This document shows, piece by piece, positions 42,785-54,074 of a stretch of DNA of 64,000 nucleotides. Each line of letters starts with the position of its first letter. Within the stretch, counting starts at the first letter, position 1. Under the pieces are notes generated by a model. It had not been told where the DNA came from. It searched no databases and saw only the letters and a list, made by a program, of their open reading frames with translations. The stretch covers positions 434,001 to 498,000 of the forward strand of contig CDRNVI010000044.1 in NCBI GenBank assembly GCA_977017575.1. The letters are read 5' to 3'. The stretch comes from Paramoeba atlantica. Taxonomy: Eukaryota > Protista > Discosea. Both the position numbers and the translations under genes were made by a program.

Positions 42785-44753
42785 TAAGTGATTTTTCAAA
42801 ACGTCGAGTTCCAACGTTATTAGTTACGAGTAAAAGTTTTCACAGAAGAACTTTTGACGATACCTTGTCTCTCCGCTCTTGCTTTAAAAGTGCAATTCAA
42901 ACGGTAATCAGTTGATAAATCATTATTTATCAATATAAATATCACAATTATACATACTTTCGTGCGTACCTGAGTACCGTACTCGAGTACGGTACTCGCG
43001 GTATTCATCGTTTTGAGTACCGTACTCGCTTTAAAATAGGGGTAAATTGAGATTTATGTTCTACGAATGTATTTCCTGATGTACTTTGCTGTTTGTAGAA
43101 ATGCTTTTCCATACTTGTTCTGTCCGGTAATGAGGTTTGCTGCATAATTCTTACTCCATAGTAGACTATTATGATCTTTAAATATATTTTAAGACTCTTT
43201 AAAACTCAAATATTATTTTTATATGCCACGAATCAAGCGGCCTAGGAATCGTACTACCGAAACCTCTTCGACAAGAAGTTCCCAAAATGACCTCCCCCGA
43301 GTCAGTGAGTAATCCCTCCGAGTCAGATAGTAACAGTGAACGCCACTCAAGCGACGCGCACACGGTACTTGATGACGAAGGAGTGCCTAAAAGAAGATTT
43401 CAATGTTGTTCGGCAACCCTACTTTCTTCAAATTTTGCACCTCCACTATTTGATTGTCCTTTTCCCCAAAAGCGGTGACAATTAAGTAGGGGGGTACAGT
43501 ATATGGTTCGTTCGCATTTTAGCAGAGTTGTGGCCAGAAATATGACCCCTAGTGAGTTTCTTTCAGCATTTCCTTCGCATTCCGTTTCTCTACATAAATA
43601 TGAAGCACGACTGGCTGATGAACTTTGGGAAATAGTGCGTTCGGACATTGATGCGCACATACTTTAGGCACATACTTTGTATATTTTGACATTGCATGCC
43701 CCACATGTGTGATGGGGGGATTGACCGGTGTAAGTCGGAGCACACACTTTTAAGCGTATTATACGTGGGACCTCATGAATATGTTTTGCCTCCCATACAG
43801 GGGTGAAAAATGTGGTGGGGGGGTCTAAAATTCGTAAAAATTGTCGAATTTTGGAAAATAATAGCGCATTCGAGAGCTCCCGCAGAGTTGTATGTTTTAG
43901 GATAAGCAGCTTCCGAGGGAGTTGGGAATACCCCCCTTTGATCGAAGGGTCAAAAACACGATTTGTAAACTCAAAAACTGTGACAATGGGTCAAAAGTTA
44001 TCCGTATCCGTTTTCACCCCTGTATATTCACCCAAACATCAGGCCTTTGATTGCAAAACAATGGCTGACACTCTAACGAGTTGCCTTCAAATCAATCTCG
44101 GCGACCACAGGGCCGTAAAGCTCACGCACCTTATGGAGGACGGGAGCGCAGTGAACCACGGCGACAGCACGCCGAAGGTCATTTGAGAAAAATTTATGAT
44201 CGCATTCATCCGGGACCGGAAAGAGATCTCCAGAATTTTCAAGAGCACTTGCTATTAGGATTTCCAGGAATATCGCTTCTATCATGCATCGGACACATGT
44301 TAAACAATGTGTGCAAAACGTCTCTCGAGTCGTACGAGGATACCCCGGTACTCGAATTTAACAAACACTTTGCACGAGCATTTTTCTCTGGGGGCAAAGC
44401 ACGTGCTATGAAGGGTAAATACAAAGGTCAAGTACTGGATACTCTTTTGGGGATATTTGATGAGAAAGTCTTTATTGCTGAGTCGACTCTCAAACAGTGC
44501 TACCGTGGACTCGGCGAAAATTCTCCAACTCGTTACAAGGAAGCTTTAGAGATTAAAATTTGTAAAAGCTTGACTGCGCTGAAAAAAGTAATCCCGCTTG
44601 ACTCCTGCTCACTTCTTTGCCGTTTAAAAGCTTCGAACTAAATTGCACTTTTAAAGCAAGAACGGAGGGACAAGGTATCGTCAAAAGTTCTTCTGTGAAA
44701 ACTTTTACTCGTAACCAATAAAGTTGGAATTCGACGTTTTGAAGAATCACTTA
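42785..44753 (+). mobile_element. hAT-like (DUF659-type) transposon remnant with about 113-bp TIRs
   Basis: TIRs at 42785-42897 and 44641-44753; MCDGGID (D1-like), LMEDGSAVN (D2-like), SCIGHMLNNV (CxxH). Confidence 0.6.
43798..44022. mobile_element. 225-bp MITE, TIR CAGGGGTGAAAA, TA TSD
   Basis: TACAGGGGTGAAAA ... TTTTCACCCCTGTA; left arm homologous to 7450-7535; removal restores LPPI-YSPKH in frame. Confidence 0.85.
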
Positions 44754-45364
44754 TTAGTTACGAGCAATTAAAAAATCACTTATTAGTTACATATCACCTA
44801 TTAGTTGCCAAAATCCTATGTAACTAATGTGCGCGGGGGGTCTACATAAAGTATGTATGGTTTCTGCTCTGAGCATTAGTTTACGAGAAATACATGAGAC
44901 AATACGGTATGCTTCTTACGTCATTATGGATAGTTTATTTTATTATACGAATATACGAATGTTTTATCGTTACGATTCCTATCTCTAACCATTCAAAATA
45001 TTCGACAAATTGTCATAACTTGTTCAAACATTTTTCTTTCTGCATAATAGTATACATCGTCGTACCCTCTTTATCACTACATCACTTTCCTAACTTCCGC
45101 TTTAGATTCGTACGAACTTTAAATTAAATATCAGAGAAGTGCTATGTAGGTCGACATAATTTTAGAGAAAATATCCTCTTGCATCCAACCGGGTCCTGTT
45201 ACGTGACCGTAAATCTTCCGCAAATTGCTTCCAATGCTCTTGAGGGCCTTTAAAGTACTGTCCTATACTACTAGCGCATGCCGTCCTATACTACTAAGCG
45301 CATGTCAAAATCTTTTTGACACAGAGTTATAGTTACACAGTTATAGTTACACAGTTACACAGAG

Positions 45365-47300
45365 TTATAGTTGTCGATAAAGGTTATTTACGACGTGTAA
45401 CCCACAAGTATTGTCGCCTGGTTCTTGCTGTGGACACTTCGGGTGCAGAAACGTGAAAGACTGTGGGCGATCATTCACATGAGCGGCACAGTACTGCCGA
45501 AACTTGTCCAAGTTATCCGAGGCTGCCTGCGGACTCATTCCACGAAAGCTGTCAAAGACACATATATAGTGCCCCACTACTTATTAAAAGTACAAAATGA
45601 TAAGTGTAATGCAAGCATGCAAACACTCTCTTGGGGAAGGAGGACGGGATGGGCAAAGTTCCATCTTGCATAAGCTTCGCAGTTCTCCAAACGCACCAAA
45701 ACTCCGTATCCTCGTCACCCGTAGTCGATTTGTATAAGTTAAAAACCTTGGTACATAATGCATCAACTGTGTGCCCATATAACATTGCTCCGCGTCGCCG
45801 CAATGGACGCCACGCATCGCGAACTGTTTCAGGGACAGCTATGTCAACGTCGGTTAGCACAGAATCATCTAAAGAGCTAGGCTTTCTTTCTGGCTTTGAA
45901 CATCTTGTAGAGTGAAGTAAAATATCGGAAGGCGGGAGAGTGGAAGAGATATCCTTTTGCGACGTCGCGGAAGAGCGGGTAGAAGAGATGAACCCTTTTG
46001 ATAAACAAGCTTGAAGTAAAGAAGACCCGAGCTCTGGCGTAATGGGCATCTTAACAGGTATTTTCTTTGGGGGGGTAGGAGTAGTGCCTTGAACGTAGAG
46101 GCTTGCGAGATCGGGGGTATTAAGCATGTTGGAAGTACTGTTGAAAGTAAGTGAATTTTCATGTGGCTCCGTAGTAGAGGTAGACTCCTGGGAAGAAGAC
46201 TCTGTGCCCTTCTCTTCGTCTTTTTTTTGTTTCACTCTTCGACAAATTTTTTGTCTGCCGTGTTTCTGTACCCCCATCTTCTTTTTTTGCTTCTAATCTC
46301 AAGGATACACCATCATAGGATCTATGATGTATCGATGTACAGCATTCCTCATTTGGCTGTGGTATGTGGCCCATGTTTTATCATGGGCTGACAAAATAAA
46401 ATCCATTGCCCTTTTTCAATTCTTTCTCGCGACTTTGAAAAAGCACGCCAAATCTTCAACTCCTCGTCATAGAAACGTTTAAAGTGAAAATTAAGAAATC
46501 GGTCGTGTACCTGAATGAGAGACGTGTAACCACCTGGAATGCGATGCATGTCGCAGTTGACAGGAACAGAGGTAGTTTGATGGGTCGTATGATCATCCAC
46601 AATTAGGGCGGTAGGGAGTTTCGAGTCATTTATTGAATCAATATATCGGGTGAGTATTTTTTCAAGTACGGGCTGGCGCATCCATCCAGTCTCCGTAACG
46701 TCAGCGTACACTTTGCTGGAAAGAGATGTAGAAAGTACCTTTACCTCCCTCAAAATTCTTGAGGTTTCCGAAGTTTTCGCTTGAGAACGAAATATTATAG
46801 TGGGAGGTAAAGGACAAACCGCACCTGTCTGTACGTTCACTATTCCGGCGAGAAAAACCGTCACTGCCTCCCCTTCATTTGTTTGAGAAATCTTTATTGA
46901 TTCAGTACCAACGGGAGCAAGGGTCATGCCATGCGGCTCCCCATCAAGAAAAACTGAAGTTTCGTCCCCCCAAAAAAACCAAAATTATATTGGCGAACGC
47001 GATGCTGCGTGTACAGCTGCCTCGACCAAGAGACGATTCTATCGTCTCTACAATCTGCAGGTGCGCCTCAACATCTGCAGGTGCAATAACGCGTTTTCTC
47101 CCAAAACGCTGCCAAGACCAAACAAAAGCATATTTAAAATTTTTGTAGATCCGTTCTTTCGATTTCTCGGACAAAGAGCCTTCCGATCTGCTTTCGAATA
47201 CTCCATGATGTTGCATGAGTTCGAATACAACATTTTTGTTAATGGAAATGTGTGCAGCCAACAACGTGTATGGACGCTACAACGTACCCTAATCTTTCAC
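45365..47300 (-). mobile_element. pogo-like DDE transposase followed by an Ulp1/C48 protease domain, frameshifted
   Basis: DETSVF, LPPTIIF, GWM, LIVDDHTTH, IPGGYTSLIQVHD..LN..FK; downstream HFVLLI / ICVFDS / CPQQEPGDNTCG. Confidence 0.8.
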
Positions 47301-47710
47301 TTTGAACTACTTTTACTTCCAATGAAGACTTCACATATAAGGGGTGACCCTTACAAAAATGCCCTAAAATGGCCACTTTTCGTGGAAATTGCTTAAAAAA
47401 GCCCATTTTCACCTGTTCTTGGCTAATTTGGCGGGGTCATCCCCTATATGCAACTTTTCCATTTTTAGAAAATGTGATGTGCGTATGTACTTCGGAGTCT
47501 TATCTACAAGGAAAAGGATTTGTAAGATCCAATACACGTGGGAACTTGCCAGGAGAAATTTTTCAAAAGTTAAAAAAAAATTAGAGCGGCTCTGCAATAT
47601 TTCTATACTTATGCAATATTCCTATACATCGGAACAGCACATTCACATGCATAAAGTTTTAGGCACGGATTTCAACTTTTGCCAAGTTGGTGCGGGGTGC
47701 TATGGGAGCG

Positions 47711-48093
47711 CACCTTTGCTCCCGGTGAGGCCCCGGAGTTGCGAGAGGCCTCCATACCCCACAACTACCACCTTCCCCCCCTATTTAGCGGCGGTCGCGC
47801 GAGCGGCCCCCTGATAAATGGGGGGAAGGTGGTAGTTGTTTTGGGGGAAATGAGAGGCCGAACGCACGGAGGGGCCGGCCGGGCCACTGAGTCACGTGAA
47901 AGTGTGACACCCAAAAACTAAACCTAGATCTTGTTTACCCGTCTACACAACAGAACCGTAAATGGCACGTAAAGATGGTTGGCCGAGGTACCCAATAAAT
48001 TCACCTTTGCTCCCGGTAAGCCCCCGGAGTTGCGTGAAGGCCTCCATACCCCATAACTACCACCTTCCCCCCCCTATTTAGCGGGGGGCGCGC
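47711..48093. repeat. Foldback repeat copies 2 and 3 in tandem (period 291 bp)
   Basis: CACCTTTGCTCCCGG at 47711 and 48002; ACAACTACCACCTTCCCCCC/GGGGGGAAGGTGGTAGTTGT stem. Confidence 0.85.
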
Positions 48094-49241
48094 GATTCAC
48101 TCGATCTGCTGATCGACAGCTTATCCTCCATCGAAAGGCTCTTTTTCGTATGATGAGGGGGTTCTGTGGCGAATGATGGGGTAGGGGTAGATGTTAAGGG
48201 GTTGGCGAGGGGTCCAACTCGGGAGGCTGGTTCTCGAGACCTGATCCAGCCTGTCAGTGGCCCAATTGACATGATAAATAGTAGTAACAGTAAAAAGTTA
48301 TTACATACCTGTATAAAAAATAGCAATTGGTAAAATGTCACGAATAATAAGCAAAAAGTAAAAAAAAGGCGCCGCTTCGCGGCACTCATACGTACCAAGC
48401 CTAAAAATTTCAACACTAAATAGGGGGGGTAGAACACTCAATAGTAAATAGGGGGGGACAGCACCTGAGTTCTCTTCCTTGGTTGATGACAAAAAAATGA
48501 CGGTTGAGGGAAGTGTAAGTTTCTTGGATGGAAGTATAAAAGGAGTCCTGATTCATTGTCTGGAATGAAAATGTAGGTATAAAGGGAAGAATCACCCTCT
48601 GAAATATAAAAGGGGGTGACAGTACTATCCAATTTCTTCCGATATAGCAATGATATTTTTCTAACTCCCGTATTTTGTGCTGCGGGTAACGCCGAGTACC
48701 ATGCGTACGGTACTCGGGTACTCAAGGCCCTTGGTACTCATTTGAGTACCTGAATACCTTACTCGCGAATGCATGATTATAGGCATCTTTTTTAGTTTTG
48801 TTCCAGGCTTCTCTCTCTTTGCAGAATTCCGCTTCATTTATGAATTTTGCAGTTTCTCTTGAGCACTCGTTTGGTGATTCATCGCTCATCTCGGAGGTAG
48901 TTTTCAACGCGAAGCGCGCAGCATGAGTGACTTCTACGTTGAAAACAACCACCGCGTTTAACGAAGAGCCTAAAATTACTGTCCCCCCTATTTAGTGTTG
49001 AGTGAAATTCGGCAAAATTCAACACTAAATAGGGAAGGGTAAGAAATCTCCTCCCTCAAAAAAAAAAGCGCGCCGCTTCGCCGCGTATTATTTTCAAAGG
49101 CATGATTGTAAAGGAGCATCCGGTTTACCATACCCCCACGGTATGGTACGAGATCGCATGTATGGTAACAGGGCACAGACTACAGGCTACAGGCTCAATG
49201 TAGGTAAATTGTTGGACTAAAATTGTAAAAAAGTGAGGGTA

Positions 49242-49859
49242 ACCGGCACTATAAATGTAGGTTAAAATCCATTTTTTTCTGATGATTTTTTTCCGCTCGA
49301 AAAAACTTTTACGTGACTTTTAAAAACGTTTCCACTCATACTCGTGACGTTCCAACTTATATTTCAATGCTTGGAATGCTCAATGGACCGCCCAGGATAT
49401 ACTACATTGGTCTACTTGGTATTGGTGACCTGTAAAAAGGATAAGGTGCGCTCCCAGGCGTTCCCAGACACTCCCATCCAGTTTGAACCCTCTTGGAAGC
49501 CACCACGGCTACCCCCTTCGCGTTGAGAACTGCTTCCGCGTTTAATGAAGAGACTAAAAAGGAAAAAATTGCGAAACGATCCAGAATAATCCAACTTTTG
49601 GGACAAATACCCGATTCTCCCCATATTTCGTATTCTCCCCATATTTCGTATTCTCCCCATATTTCGGACGTTTTTTGGGGTCTTACCATTAAAGGTAGGG
49701 GGCACATCTGATCGAAAAAACGTGTGGTCTGGTAAGTAAGCTAAAAAAATAAATAAGAAAAGAGATCAACGAAAGATCAAAAACTTTTTCTTGAGTCCTT
49801 TTGGGCATGATCGTTCAAGCAAATTTTACTTGTTTTCAACCTACATTTATAGTGCCGGT
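49242..49859. mobile_element. TIR element with perfect 22-bp inverted termini
   Basis: ACCGGCACTATAAATGTAGGTT / AACCTACATTTATAGTGCCGGT; contains a 3 x 18-bp tandem at about 49615-49668. Confidence 0.7.
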
Positions 49860-50363
49860 GAACCAAAAGTGATTACCAGCATAAGTTACCAGTGGACGTT
49901 AATAATATCACCAACAAAAAGTCATAGAAGTGAAAAAACGCTATAAATAGTAAAGAAAACAGACAAATAATGCTGTAGGGTTATGATCTACGTGGGCCAC
50001 CTCGAACAAGAAGTTGATATCATACATATGAACATGTATGTTGTCTGCCTGAAGAACTAAGGGGGGGTATGCTATCGGCCCCGGGTCACGATACCATACC
50101 CCCCGGTGTGGTACCAGGTCACAGGTATGCTAAATAGCAATAGTGATATTAAACAACCCATTCAACCTAAAAGGTTGAACGAAAAAGGTAGACAAAATCT
50201 TCTATGCTGCAAAAAGAGGAAATCAAAATTCGGACGTTAAAATTCGACAAGAGATTTGAGATGCACTGAAATCTTTTTTCCAGCCGCTTCAATGCGGTAT
50301 TTTACAAAAAAGCGCCTGTAAATCAATCGTTCATGAGCTGATTTCAGAAAGTTTATTCCGTTA

Positions 50364-50430
50364 CTGTGACCCCCCCACTTATAGTGCCGCGGTTTTCGAC
50401 CAAACGGTACTATATGTGGGGGGAGAACAG
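50364..50430. mobile_element. 67-bp mini-MITE, TA TSD
   Basis: TA-CTGTGACCCCCCACTTATAGTGCCG ... CGGTACTATATGTGGGGGGAGAACAG-TA. Confidence 0.7.
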
Positions 50431-50560
50431 TAATTATTATTGCAATGATTTTTACTAAATTCCTACTAAACTTTAAGCGTTAAGAGAAACATGAATCTTA
50501 TAGAAAAATATGGCTTTAATATAAAATGGTTTTTATAAATCCCTCCGCATCAAAAAGGTA

Positions 50561-51445
50561 CCCACCCTTATTTTTTGCACGAGTGGGGCTAGGGGGGTTA
50601 TCCCACCACTTTATCGTGCAAAATTTTGAGATCTGTTCGTTCCCGTTGTCTTTAGGTCATTTCGAAAAATAAAAAAAAGTTGAATTTATATTTTAAAGAA
50701 AATCACTTTTCATGCCAAGAAATACGTATCGACTCCCCAGGGGTGGTCTTACAGAAAGTGGAAAAGTGTTATTGCGCATGAGGCTTGGCCAAGGGGTTGC
50801 GATAAGGCAAGTAGCCCGCGAGTTTAATGTCAATGTGAAACATATTCGAAAATATTTGAAAAACAATTCGCCTGAAAATGTTTATACTCTGGGCCCTGAA
50901 GTAAAAAACAGAATCAAAAGACACCTTGTTGTTCTCCCACCCATCTCAATTACATGTGTTTCGTACATTAAAACATTAAAAAAAGTGCCATTCCCCTCAA
51001 ACTGTATTTTTCAGCAAGATGGGGCAACACCTTAGACTGCCAAGGATACAAAAGCGTACCTTGAGGACGGCAACATGAAATTATTGAAAAATTGTCAGCT
51101 CAACTCCCACGATCTCTCACCAATAGAAAACGTGTGGAGCATAGTACAAAATCTTGTAGATGAATACAATCCTGCAACTCGAAATCTCATAAAAAGCGTA
51201 CGTAAAGCTTGGCGTAAATTTTCTCAAGAATATATTGATGATTCGGTTTAGAGCTTCGATGCTCGCCTCAAAGCTTGTGTGGCGAGTAACGGAGAAAAAG
51301 TGACAAAATGGCAATCTCTACCTAAAATATACGTATTCGTTTCTTTTTGTCTCATTTCTTCACGCGCAAAGTCTTTGTGTTGAGATCTGCAAAATGCAAT
51401 AAAAATCAGCCCAAGCGGACAATTGGCTGAAAAGTTAAGGGTGGG
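50561..51445 (+). mobile_element. Tc1/IS630-like DD35E transposon copy 2, internally deleted
   Basis: TIR CCCACCCTTA/TAAGGGTGGG; GGLTESGKVLLRMR N-terminus shared with copy 1; FQQDGA...DLSPIENVW; in-frame stops. Confidence 0.9.
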
Positions 51446-51516
51446 TGCCTTATTGGTGCGGAGGGGTTTATTTAATAAAAATATAGTGTTTCGAAGTTTA
51501 TAGTACTATAATAGTA

Positions 51517-52116
51517 TTATAAAATAGTTGCGACCTCTGTTATTTTCGTGCACGCAACGTTCCTGTAGGCTAAAGTGGAAGGAATATTTTTCAGACACAA
51601 AGTACCACTCAAATGTTTGTTGTTCGAAATATTCAGGCCCGTAAGCTCGGATGGAAGGTTAGAGAAATCAACATTTCCAACAAAGTTATTGTCGCTCAAA
51701 TTAAGTATTTTTAGGCTGGGTGGAAGGTCAGAAAATTGAAGAGGCCCATAAAGTTTGTTGTCTTCTGCCCAAAACTTTTCTAATCCACGTGGAAGTGCTG
51801 ATAGTTCAAGTGTTCCCTCAATTTTATTAATCCTAACATAACCACTTCTTACTGTTTCTGGAATGTGTTTCCAATCCAACGTGCCCCGTAGTCCGCGATT
51901 GGTCCAGTTTATACAATCCACTTCATCTTCATCATTACAGTCTACCCCATCCCATTCACATGCAGGCGTGCTTGTACTCCATGAGGAATGAGGGTTCTGT
52001 ATCCCTTTTATCAACTTCTCGAGTTTGTATTCCACTGGCAAGTTAACACCGCGTATTTTCCCGAGTCGAGCCGACGGCATATCGTCCGCGGTGCTTGCAA
52101 CGGAAAAATAAACCAT
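51517..52116 (-). CDS. Leucine-rich repeat protein
   Basis: PACEWDGVDC cap; LPP.L..L.LS.N.F.G repeats. Confidence 0.9.
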   Translation of the reverse strand: MVYFSVASTADDMPSARLGKIRGVNLPVEYKLEKLIKGIQNPHSSWSTSTPACEWDGVDCNDEDEVDCINWTNRGLRGTLDWKHIPETVRSGYVRINKIEGTLELSALPRGLEKFWAEDNKLYGPLQFSDLPPSLKILNLSDNNFVGNVDFSNLPSELTGLNISNNKHLSGTLCLKNIPSTLAYRNVACTKITEVATIL

Positions 52117-52367
52117 GTTCTAGAAATATCAGATTAAAAAAAGGGTAGAGGAAGAGGACGCAGTAGACAAATATTGCATATGCAACTGTAGAACGAGACC
52201 GCAGTGTTCTTGCTTTACAAAGAGTAATGTTTTAAGGAAAAATAAATTGAATTGGAGACAAAATTAGGCTTTTCTAAATGGAGAGTCAACAATTTTACTA
52301 ACGTGTAAGAACGAGACTGGAAACCTGAATACGATTGATGGGGGGTTAAGTACTAATGCTTCAAGGA

Positions 52368-53831
52368 TTATCTTTTATGCCTATCCCTGGTAAGACTAGG
52401 AAACAATAACGAATAAACAATACCAAGTGCCAAGAACCCTAAAAGCAGGTAAGGCATAAACCGCATTATATGTCCGATCCCTCGAATGTGAATTACATAT
52501 ACGGAAAACATTGTATCTGCCGCTGTATTCGCTGCGTACTCACGAAACGAATACGCGCAAAATTGCGATAACGTAACGGAGCACAAAAGTATAATGAGAG
52601 TGTTAAACAAAAAAGCGTTCATAAGAGTGTCTCCGAGCTTCATCGGGTAGACGGATAAAAATGGCAACCTCACCCCCACCCGGAAAATGCCACGCACGAC
52701 GGCCCAAAGCAAGTAAAAACTCATAATCGCATACGCCCCCAGACCTAGCAAAGAGAAAACCGAGTCCAGTTGCACAAACACAACGTTTAGAAACGAGTGT
52801 AGGCGCGTAAGATTATGCAAAACGATATGCAAAACCCACAGGAGCGACAGCACGGCACACAGGATCCCCACCCCTAGGTGGAGGCCCGCGACCAGGGGTG
52901 ACCCTCCACGTTCCTTATACGCGACCTCCAGCGCCTTGTGTGCGTCTTCTACTTTTTGCACATCCCCACGCAATCGACTCACTTTCTTTTTCCATGAACG
53001 TTTCTTCTGGGTCGATGCCGAAGCCTCGCGCAGCCTTTGGCCCGCGTCTAGCAACCGTCGGGTCGCCTCCGCGAGATGCTGCCGGGCTGCGGCATAGGTC
53101 TCCAGGGAGAGTGCCCGGGGACGGTGAATCCAGGCCTCCATGTGGTCCATCGGAAGCGCAGCCAGCCCGATACCTCCAAAGATCACGAAACAAACCCACC
53201 CGAGCGTACTGAGCAACGCCACGGCGTACACAAAGACACTCGCACGGAGTTGTAACATTCCAGAGGTACGAGAGAAGACATTTGAAGAAACCGTTTTCTC
53301 TTCATCCGCTGCTCCGCCAGCTGCAGCAGCTTCTGTTGCTTTTAGAATCGCTTCAGAACTCTCTGCCACATAATGTTGATACGGAAGCTCCACGTACCCC
53401 ACAGTGAACCACAGAATCAGGGTTAAGGCAATAAAGCCTGTCAGTGCGAGTAGAGTGAACCCGATCGCTGAGGGAAGCTGTTTCAGCGCGGAGGACTGCT
53501 CCGGGTCCCAGGCTTCGTAGTAGAAGATACAGAAAGGGATCAGGACAATGGAAAACAGAGCTGTGCTCCAGAAGAGAATTTGCCACAGCATGGCGGTATC
53601 GATGCCCCCTCCGAGCGAGGCGAGTTCGGTAAAATTTTGTCGATTCGCGACATCGTAGGGGAGGAGAAGAACGTTAAGACCGGAGAGGGTGAGGCCAAGG
53701 ACCACGGCGGTTTTCGGGATCCACGCCTGGGCGTTCTCCTCGCGAGCGATGTAAAGGAGAAGGGAGTAGATGGAGAGACCCAGGAGGAGGACGACGGCCA
53801 CGGCAGCGACGACAACAAGCCACCAGTTCAT
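52368..53831 (-). CDS. LMBR1-family membrane protein
   Basis: VLLLPYDVANR, IPFCIFYYE, FGGIGLAALPMD, TLMNAFLFN; multiple TM helices. Confidence 0.9.
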   Translation of the reverse strand: MNWWLVVVAAVAVVLLLGLSIYSLLLYIAREENAQAWIPKTAVVLGLTLSGLNVLLLPYDVANRQNFTELASLGGGIDTAMLWQILFWSTALFSIVLIPFCIFYYEAWDPEQSSALKQLPSAIGFTLLALTGFIALTLILWFTVGYVELPYQHYVAESSEAILKATEAAAAGGAADEEKTVSSNVFSRTSGMLQLRASVFVYAVALLSTLGWVCFVIFGGIGLAALPMDHMEAWIHRPRALSLETYAAARQHLAEATRRLLDAGQRLREASASTQKKRSWKKKVSRLRGDVQKVEDAHKALEVAYKERGGSPLVAGLHLGVGILCAVLSLLWVLHIVLHNLTRLHSFLNVVFVQLDSVFSLLGLGAYAIMSFYLLWAVVRGIFRVGVRLPFLSVYPMKLGDTLMNAFLFNTLIILLCSVTLSQFCAYSFREYAANTAADTMFSVYVIHIRGIGHIMRFMPYLLLGFLALGIVYSLLFPSLTRDRHKR

Positions 53832-54074
53832 TGGTTTGGGAAGCCAGGAGGGCTACATGAAAAAGAGAAGGGAAAAAATGGAAAAAGAGCTTCGTATCGA
53901 AACAAATTCTGAGAGTTTGTATCAAATGAGGTGTCTTGTGTGTGAAAGAGTAATAAGATACATTGCACAGAGGAAAAGGATTGAGATTGAAAGAATACTG
54001 TATTGTACTCAAAACCATTCTAGGGGGTCTCCCTTGTCAAGAAATCCATAAGAGTGTCTAAGAACGGAGCCAGA

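Noticed and set aside
46262-46272. Third SL copy (GTTTCTGTACC)
   Set aside because: 11-nt match only; both flanks diverge from the SL
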